From positions 1 to 19,657 of the forward strand of contig NW_021824161.1 in assembly GCF_006345805.1 (NCBI RefSeq): 19,657 nt of DNA, in the 5' to 3' direction. Within the stretch, counting starts at the first letter, position 1. The number at the start of each line of letters is the position of its first letter. This stretch comes from Octopus sinensis (lineage: Eukaryota). The notes beneath the pieces are model-generated. The model had not been told where the DNA came from. It saw only the letters and a program-made list of their open reading frames with translations, and did no database searches. Position numbers and translations under genes: made by a program. Shown here piece after piece: positions 1 through 8,353 of the stretch.

Positions 1-56
1 TATAACATACACATGTTTCAGTAAATCAACTGACAATCTTACAAAATTATTTGACA

Positions 57-178
57 TACGCACAGGCGTGGCTGTGTGGTAAGTAGCTTGCTAACCAGCC
101 ACATGGTTCCGGGTTCAGTTCCACTGCGTGACATCTTGGGCAAGTGTCTTCTACTATAGCCTCGGGCCGACCAAAGCC
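57..178 (+). mobile_element. SINE family A head (tRNA-derived), 3'-truncated
   Basis: A-box-like tggctgtgtgg, B-box-like ggttcagttcc, and a central cttgggcaagtgtcttct motif; matches other copies in the window. Confidence 0.85.
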
Positions 179-650
179 AAGAGAAAAAGATGCTTTATAA
201 ACACATTCTACCAGTATGCGAAGTTTAAAAGTGTTTAGTTACGGGGAAATTATTTTTAAAAACTGCCGTTCAAACCAAAAAGATCCCTTTTTTTCTTCAG
301 AAATGTAAATAAACCCATTCTGTTTCTTAAACGAGGGACATATTCATACGGCACAGAATGTTTTCACCTCAATAGACGTCATTGATTGGGACTTATTCTT
401 TGTAAGCCCAGAACTTATTCTATCGGTCTCTTTAGCCAAACCGCTAAGTGACGGAACATAAACACACCAGCAGAAATTGCAGAAATTGAAGAAAAAACAA
501 CAAATATCTTACAAACTATAGAATTTTCTCAATAAAGCCAAGAGAAAAAGATGTTTTATAAACACATTCTACCAGTATACGAAGTTTAAAAGTGTTTAGT
601 TACGGGGAAATTATTTAAAAAAACGGCCGTCAAACCGAAAAGATCCAAAT
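172..650. repeat. Two direct copies (~172-288 and ~533-647) of a ~115-bp block, possibly DNA-transposon/MITE ends, around a fragment of the SINE-A tail (~388-470)
   Basis: aaagccaagagaaaaagatg...aagtgtttagttacggggaaattattt...aaacc(a/g)aaaagatcc occurs twice. Confidence 0.6.
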
Positions 651-842
651 ATTAAATTAATTGCAACTCATTTAAATCTAAAGACAGACAATACAGTGCA
701 GCTTTATTCAACTTATTCATACGGTTGGGTGAAGCATCACTCATCCGTATGGATAATTTATTATTCTGCTGGGGTCGATTTGTTCAACTAAAAAACATTC
801 ATGGCGATGCCCCAGCATGGCGGTTGTCCAATGCCTGAAACT

Positions 843-1171
843 CGTGGCTGTGTGGTAAGTAGCTTGCTAACCAACCACATGGTTCCGGGTTCAGTACCAC
901 TGCATGGCACCTTGGGCAAGTGTCTTCTGCTATAGCCTCGGGCCGACCAAAGCCTTGTGAGTGGATTTGGTAGATGGAAACTGAAAGAAGCCTGTCATAT
1001 ATATGTATATATAGGCGCAGGAGTGGCTGTGTGGTAAGTAGCTTGCTAACCAACTACATGGTTCCGGGTTCAGTCCCCTGCGTGGCATCTTGGGCAAGTG
1101 TCTTCTGCTATAGCCCCGGGCCGACCAAGCCTTGTGAGTGGATTTGGTAGACGGAACTGAAAGAAGCCTGT

Positions 1172-1208
<37 letters not shown>

Positions 1209-1488
1209 ATATATTATATATATATATATATAATGTGTGTGTGTGTATGTGTGTGTGTGTATGTGTGTGTGTGTGTGTGTGTATGTGTTTGTCTCCCTAG
1301 CATTGCTTGACAACCGATGCTGGTGTGTTTACGTCCCCGTTATCTAGCGGTTCGGCAAAAGAGACCGATAGAATAAGTACTGGGCTTACAAAAGAATAAG
1401 TCCTGGGGTCAATTTGCTCGACTAAAGGCGGTGCTCCAGCATGGCCGCAGTTAAATGACTTGAAACACGTAAAAGAGTAAAAGAGTAA
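843..1488 (+). mobile_element. SINE family A, double-headed: head 843-996, head 1014-1172, (TA)n(TG)n linker, tail 1286-1488 ending in aaagagta repeats
   Basis: Head matches the other copies. The tail gcttgacaaccgatgctggtgtgtttacgtcccc...gcggtgctccagcatggccgcag...gtaaaagagtaaaagagta always follows the head plus microsatellite in this window. Confidence 0.9.
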
Positions 1489-1522
1489 GCAGGGAAAATA
1501 CAAAACAACAAGAAAAACATTC

Positions 1523-1605
1523 ACCGGAATGGTGTGACGTCATAGATAAGAGGAGCTAACTCTCAGTCGATCTTCAGTGATTGAAGTCCAAATTCGTTTA
1601 CGTAA
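1523..1605. promoter_or_regulatory. Candidate promoter-proximal motif cluster (ETS-like accggaat, CRE TGACGTCA, palindrome TTACGTAA)
   Basis: Motifs seen at ~1523-1530, 1535-1542 and ~1598-1605 in one of the few apparently non-repetitive stretches upstream of the first coding exon. No functional data. Confidence 0.25.
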
Positions 1606-2263
1606 CCCTGAAATAAACATTGAAGAGCGACCAAGAAGCTGGACTTCGTTTCTAAACATCTTCCCTTGTGTCTCTCTCTCTCTCTCTGCGATCCCTTTAT
1701 TTATTCAAAGACCCTGGAACTTCGACGTCGATCACCATTTAATATGGTTCAACACGTAATGTAAGAATCTGTCAACACGTCTTGTTTATTTTGATTCATG
1801 TTTAAATGTCTATGTATAGGTACAACTACAGTTTAGGGCCTCACGACCAGCAGCATCGACTTTATTGCCTCATAACTTTGTGATAAATTCATATTTCTAA
1901 ATGAAATTTTGCAGAGATACGCTTTCAAGGGTCTAGATTACGATTATGCTGATAAAAATTTGTAAAAGATTTTAAATTCTTGATAAATTTGTCGAATATA
2001 AACTTGTTACTAATGACCTCCGGTAGCAGACGGAAGGAACCACCTTATAAAAACAACATGCTAAATTATTTACTGAAATTTATTAATAAGTCAGCATCTG
2101 ACATCTAAAATTAACTAAACTGAGTTAAATACAGTTTTATGGTATATTTTAGAGATATGAAAGGGAACACACCACAGAATTTATGAAGATATTCAGGGAT
2201 TTCGTCAAGCCTATGATTAATAAGGACGAATCCAGGCTGACTTCATTTCAATTTTATAATCTA

Positions 2264-2764
2264 CTAGCAGTATCGCCCGGCGTTGCTCGGGTTTGTAAGG
2301 GAAATAACTATTTTTAGAGAGTTACTTCCCTTATAAATTCGGGCTTTCTTAGCCATTTTTGTTTTGGTGTCTTCAAGCCATGAAGTCGTTGTTCTAAAAG
2401 AACGCTGGTCTCCTTGACAACGCTTTACAACGTTGATTTCCTTACACTCCCTTCCCCACAGCTTCACGAGGGAGCGAAGAAGGGGGAGAAGCAAACAGGT
2501 GCAGGTGTGACCATGGACGCCAACTCCGCCGCCATCGACACACGATGCATTTTATGCATTAAAATGGAATAAAAAATGATGTTAAATTATTTTTAAAATC
2601 GTTGACTCATCGTAGACGAGCACTAATAGCCAGACGGGCTCGATATTAATCACGACTATAAGATACCCGAATTTGGTTAAACTGCACCGCAAAATGTGGG
2701 AGTAGTTAGGAATCTAAATCGAAGGGGACAAACACTCACACAACTACAGTTTTATATATATAGA
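2264..2764 (-). mobile_element. Non-autonomous Helitron, copy 1 (501 bp, variant interior)
   Basis: On the minus strand it starts TC (2764-2763), ends CTAG (2267-2264), has the subterminal hairpin cccgagcaacgccggg, and sits between A and T with no TSD. Confidence 0.85.
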
Positions 2765-2921
2765 TTTAATAAACAATAAAATATCTTAATTTAAAGATTT
2801 TGTAGGCATTCAAGTATTTCTCATGTTTAAATAATAATTTATGAGCGAAAAAGCGAACCTGTAGGTAGTAAAACTAATTTAATTACTGTTTAATTACAGC
2901 CGATAATATGATTTATAAACT

Positions 2922-3516
2922 CTCTTTACTCTTTTACTTGTTTCAGTCATTTGACTGCGGCCATGCTGGAGCACCGCCTTTAGTCGAGCAAATCGACCCC
3001 GGGACTTATTCTTTGTAAGCCCAGTACTTATTCTATCGGTCTCTTTTGCCGAACCGCTAAGTGACGGGGACGTAAACACACCAGCATCGGTTGTCAAGCA
3101 ATGCTAGGGGGACAACACACATACATATACACACACCTATATATAATATATATATATATACATACATTATACGACAGGCTTCTTTCAGTTTCCGTCTACC
3201 AACCACTCACAAGGTATTGGTCGGCCCGGGGCTATAGCAGAAGACACTTGCCCAAGATGCCACGCAGTGGGACTGAACCCGGAACCATGTGGTTGGTTAG
3301 CAAGCTACTTACCACACAGTCACTCCTACGCCTATTTATATACATATATATACGACAGGCTTCTTTCAGTTTCCGTCTACCAAATCCACTCACAAGGCAT
3401 TGGTCGGCCCGGGGCTATAGCAGAAGACACTTGCCCAAGATGCCACGCAGTGGGACTGAACCCGGAACCATGTGGTTGGTTAGCAAGCTACTTACCACAC
3501 AGCCACTCCTGCGCCT
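2922..3516 (-). mobile_element. SINE family A, double-headed (heads 3354-3516 and 3173-3333, linker, tail 2922-~3118)
   Basis: Reverse complement of the 843-1488 architecture. Confidence 0.9.
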
Positions 3517-3520
3517 ATAT

Positions 3521-4100
3521 ATCATCATCATCATCATTTAACGTCCGCTTTCCATGCTAGCATGGGTTGGACGTGGGGTCTGGGACATGGGGTCTGGGAA
3601 GCCCGATGGCTGCACCAGGCCAGTCAGATCTAGCAGTGTTTCTACAGCTGGATGCCCTTCCTAATGCCAACCACTCCGTGAGTGTAGTGGGAGCCTTTTA
3701 CATGCCACCGACACAGGTGCCAGACGAGGCTGGCGAACGGCCACGCTTGGATGGTGCTTTTTACGTGCCACTAGCACCGAGGCGAGGCTAGCAACGGCCA
3801 CGATCGGATGTTGTTTGTTACGTGCCACCGGCACGGAGGCCAGCCGATGCGGTGCTGGCTACAGCCACGTTCGGATGGTTCTCTTATGTACCACCAGCAC
3901 TGGTATTACAACTACAAATTCCATTGATGTTGATCGATTTCGATTTTGATTTTTGATTTTCACTTGCCTCAACAGTTCTTCACAAGTAGAGTTATGTGTC
4001 CCAAGAAGGAAGGTATGCACAGGTGGACTGACTACGTCCCAGGTAGAGGCCACGGGTTATGGCCTCACTTGTCCTGCTGGGTCTTCTCACGCACAGCATA
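3521..4100 (-). mobile_element. RTE-clade LINE 3' UTR (5'-truncated) with (GAT)n tail
   Basis: The reverse complement begins atatgctgtgcgtgagaagacc, matching the end of the ORF of the LINE at ~12243, and ends gcatggaaagcggacgttaaatgatgatgat like 12650-12680. It contains ~50-bp subrepeats (ggtggcacgtaaaaagcacc). Confidence 0.8.
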
Positions 4101-4121
4101 TATATATATATATATATATAT

Positions 4122-4205
4122 GAATGATAGTTGTCCCAAATGCTGTGCCCTGGGATTGAACCAGAAACCATTTGGGGAACAAACTTCGTAACCACACAGG
4201 CAACC
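4122..4205 (-). mobile_element. Degenerate SINE-A head fragment
   Basis: cccaa...gggattgaaccagaaaccat...taaccacacag resembles reverse SINE-A heads. Confidence 0.5.
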
Positions 4206-4393
4206 TGTTCCCTTTTGTCTATCCATGCAATTTCATATCAGGAACTATACCAAACAAACACCTACAAAAATTCTAAAACAAGATCTACCACAGACTTCTC
4301 CCACAATCTTGTATTCTTGTCCCAATGCTATATCTTTCCCACAGCCGTGATATCTTCCAAATGACTGTGATATCTTTCTTTGTATACTCATAG

Positions 4394-4449
4394 GTGAACG
4401 ACCGATACCGATTGGGCTGCTATTGGATAGATTCGGCTGTTGATGAAGA
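4394..4449 (+). other. NKIRAS: Probable 5' UTR part of the first coding exon; implies an upstream non-coding exon
   Basis: Pyrimidine tract and acceptor atctttctttgtatactcatAG|gtgaacg ending at 4393. Confidence 0.55.
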
Positions 4450-4548
4450 ATGGGGAAGACCAGCAAGATTCTCGTCTGTGGTCAGAGCAGCGTCGGCAAA
4501 ACGGCTGTGATTGAACACATGGTGTATGGCAACCATGTGGTTGGAACC
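4450..4548 (+). CDS. NKIRAS: NKIRAS coding exon 1 ([33 protein letters not shown]), P-loop
   Basis: ATG at 4450 with in-frame TGA TGA just upstream. Donor ACC|GTAAGT at 4549. The ORF track runs on into (GT)n intron sequence. Confidence 0.95.
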
Positions 4549-6446
4549 GTAAGTAGACAATATTGTGTGTGTGTGTGTGTGCGTGTTTGTACATGGTGGG
4601 GTGTGTGTGTGTTTGTACATAGTGGTGTGTGTGTGTGTGTGTACATGGTGGTGTATGTGTGTACATGGTGGTGTTTGTGTGTACATGGTGGTGTGTGTGT
4701 GTGTACATGGTGGGGTGTGTGTGTGTTCACGTGTGTTATGGTTGTGGTGGTGTTGTTTAGCTCCGGGTCAGTACTGATCCAGCTGACATAGTGTATCTTG
4801 GAGTACATTATCTAATGTCTCCTTCCTTGTTGTTGTTCTTTAGCCATGGATCAATCCTGATTCAGCAGACCAAGGATTAAAAAATATTCCAGTTGTGACC
4901 ATCCTGTCTTTTATTCAGGCATAGTGCATCTAGGACTACATTATCTAATGTGTCCTTCCTTGTAGTTGTTGTTTAACCCCAGGCCAGTTTTGATCCAGTA
5001 GACCTATGATCAACAATGCTCCATCTGTTACTATCCTGTCATGTATTCAGGCATAGTGTATCTAGGACTACATTATCTAATGTGACCTTCTTTGTTGTTG
5101 TTATTTAGCTTCAGGCAGTGGCAACTCATGTATAGGCAAGGGGTAAATGGATTATAGTGTTTCATCAGTACTTAATTTATCGACCCTGAAAGGATGAAAG
5201 GCAAAGTCGACCTCAGCAGAATTTGAACTCAGAATGTAAAGACGGGCAAACTACTGCTAAACATTTTGCCTGGTGTTCTAAGGGTTCTGCCAGCTTGCTG
5301 CCTAATAATAATGATAATAATAATAATAATAATTATAATCATAATAATAATAATTATAATTATAATAATAATAATAATTATAATCATAATAATAATAATT
5401 ATAATCATAATAATAAAAATTAATTGTCTTTTATTGGCCACAAGGGCTAATAAAAATCAAATAAAACATGTAAGGAGAAAAATACAGGACGAAAGTTACA
5501 AAAAGGGTTTTGTCCGTTTAGAAAAGTCTGTAAAAATTCAAGATAACAACGAAAATATAACAAGTAAAAATTGCCAATAGGGGGAGGCGCTTTGAAAGGT
5601 TACTCGTGGAAAAACCCATAAAAGCCACAGGAGCCTGGTCAAAAGGGGGTAGAGAGCCCCTTTCTCCTTTTATAATACTTTTTTATACTACATAATATCT
5701 AACCCATAAAAGCCATGGGAGCCTGGTCAATAATAATAATAATCTTTTCTACTGGAGGCACAAGGTCTGAAATTTGGTGGGGGGAACTAGTCGAATACAT
5801 CAGCCCCAGCACGTAATGGTTCTTAATTTCTCGACCCCCGAAGGATGAAAGGCAAAGTCAAAATCAAAGGATTTGAACTCAGGTCGTAATGACGATGAAG
5901 TACTGCTGAGCACTTGCCCAGTGTGGTAACGATCTTGCCAGCTTGCCACCATCTCCAGGGATACAGGCATCCAGCAACAGGACCTCTGTAATGCTATGAT
6001 GGACCGTGAAGTCTGGCGCAACATAGTAAATTCCATTGTCTCGACCATGGTCGAACAATGATGATGATGATTGCCACCATAATAATAATAATAATAATAA
6101 TAATAATCTTTTCTACTGGAGGCACAAGGCTGAAATTTGGTGGGGGGAACTAGTCGAATACATCAGCCCCAGCACGTAACTGGTTCTTAATTTCTTGACC
6201 CCCGAAAGGATGAAAGGCAAAGTCAAAATCAAAGGAATTTGAACTCAGGTCGTAATGACGGATGAAGTACTGCTGAGCACTTTGCCCAGTGTGGTAACGA
6301 TCTTGCCAGCTTGCCACCATCTCCAGGGATACAGGCATCCAGCAACAGGACCTCTGTAATGCTATGATGGACCGTGAAGTCTGGCGCAACATAGTAAATT
6401 CCATTGTCTCGACCACGGTCGAACAATGATGATGATGATTGCCACC

Positions 6447-6478
<32 letters not shown>

Positions 6479-6872
6479 CTTTATATATAAAAGAGAGGTT
6501 GTGTGTCTGTCTCCTACGATTTAGATTCCTAACTACTCCCACATTTTGCGATGCAGTTTAACCAAAACCGGGTATTTATAGTCGTGATTCATATCGAGCC
6601 CTTCTGGGTATTAGCGCGCATCTACAACGAGTCTACGATTTAAAAAAAAATTTACCATCATTTTTTTCCATTTTAATGCATTTTTTCGCTATTATATAAG
6701 GGAAGTAACTCTCTAAAAATGTCTACGATGAGTCAACGATTTAAAAAAAATTTACCATCATTTTTTTTCCATTTTTAATGCATTTTTTTGCTATTTTTTG
6801 GCTATAACTCTCTAAAAATGCTTATGTAGTTATTTCCCTTACAAACCCGAGCAACGCCGGGCGATATTGCTA

Positions 6873-6904
<32 letters not shown>

Positions 6905-8316
6905 TAATTCTCTTTTATTGGCCACAAGGGCTAATAAAAATCAAATAAAACATGTAAGGACAAAATTTACAAAAAGGGTTTTGTCCGTTTGAAAAAGTCC
7001 GTGTAAAAATGTGAGATAACAACGAAAATATAACAAGTAAAAACTGCCAATAGGGGGAGGCGCTTCGAAAGGTTCCTGGTGGAAAAAACCCCATAAAAGC
7101 CTAATAATAATAATAATCTCCTTTCCACAAAAGGGCTGTAAGCCTGAAATTTCAGTGGGAGAGGGGTTAGTTTGTCACATTGACTCCAAGGCTTGATTGG
7201 TACTTATTTTTATTGATCCCCGAAAGGATGAAAGGCTAAGTCAACCTCGGTGGAATTTGAACTCTGAATGTAAGGATAGACAAAATGCTGTTAGGCATTT
7301 CGTCCGGTGTGCTAATGATTCTGCCAGTTTGCCGCTTTACTTAATAGTAATAATAATAATAATCATCATCATCATCGTTTAACGTCCGTCTTCCACGCTA
7401 GCACAGGTTGGACGGTTCGACCGGGGTCTGGGAAGCCAGGGGCTGCACCAGGCTCCAATCTGGTCTGGAAGTGTTTCTACAGCTGGATGCCCTTCCTAAC
7501 GCCAACCACTCCGCGAGTGTAGTGGGTGCTTTTTACATGCCACCTGCACAGGTGCCAGGGGAGTCTGGCATCGGCCATGATCGGTTGGTTCTTTTAACGT
7601 GCCACCGGCACAGAAGCCAGCCAAGGCGGCGCTGGCATCGGCTACGTTCGGATTATTATAATAATAATAATAATGATTTTCATTTTGCTTGCACAGCCGA
7701 CGATGCCAACAATTGAAGATATATACACGGCCGTCATCGAAACTGACCGAGGAGTCAAAGAAAAGGTCCGCATATTTGACACAGCTGGTTTGGTAGGTTG
7801 CATTTGGTTCTTTGAAATTTCTGCCTTACATTTGTGTGTGAGCATGTACACACACACACACACACCATCATCATCATTTGTTTCTTTACTACCCACAAGG
7901 GGTAAACACAGAGGGGACAAACAAGGACAGACATAGGTATTAAATCGATTACATCAACCCCAGTGCGTAACTGGTACTTAATTTATCGATTCCGAAAGGA
8001 TGAAAGGCAAAGTTGACCTCAGCGGAAAAGATAAAAGATATACCTATTTCTTTATTGCCCACAAGGGGCTAAACACAGAGGGGACAAACAAGGACAGACA
8101 AAGGAATGAAGTCGATTACATCGACCCCAGTGCGTAATTGGTACTTATTTAATCGACCCCGAAAGGATGAAAGGCAAATTCGACCTCGGCGGAATTTGAA
8201 CTCAGAACATAGCGGCAGACGAAATACGGCTACACACTTCGCCTGGAGTGCTAACGTTTCTGCCAGCTCACCGCCTTCATCTTTGAACTTTCTGCCTTAC
8301 ATTTGTCTGTGAGCAT

Positions 8317-8353
<37 letters not shown>

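Noticed and set aside
1014-1085. tRNA genes at SINE heads (also 11190-11264 and 14300-14373)
   Set aside because: A/B-box-like motifs are present, but I could not fold a full cloverleaf with an acceptor stem, and each head continues into a SINE body.
799-3791. ORFs with recurring [20 protein letters not shown] or [10 protein letters not shown] peptides
   Set aside because: They are frames through non-coding SINE heads and RTE 3' UTRs repeated across the window.
4388-5580. His/Thr, Cys/Val, poly-Asn and poly-Ile ORFs
   Set aside because: Translations of (GT)n and (AAT)n microsatellites.
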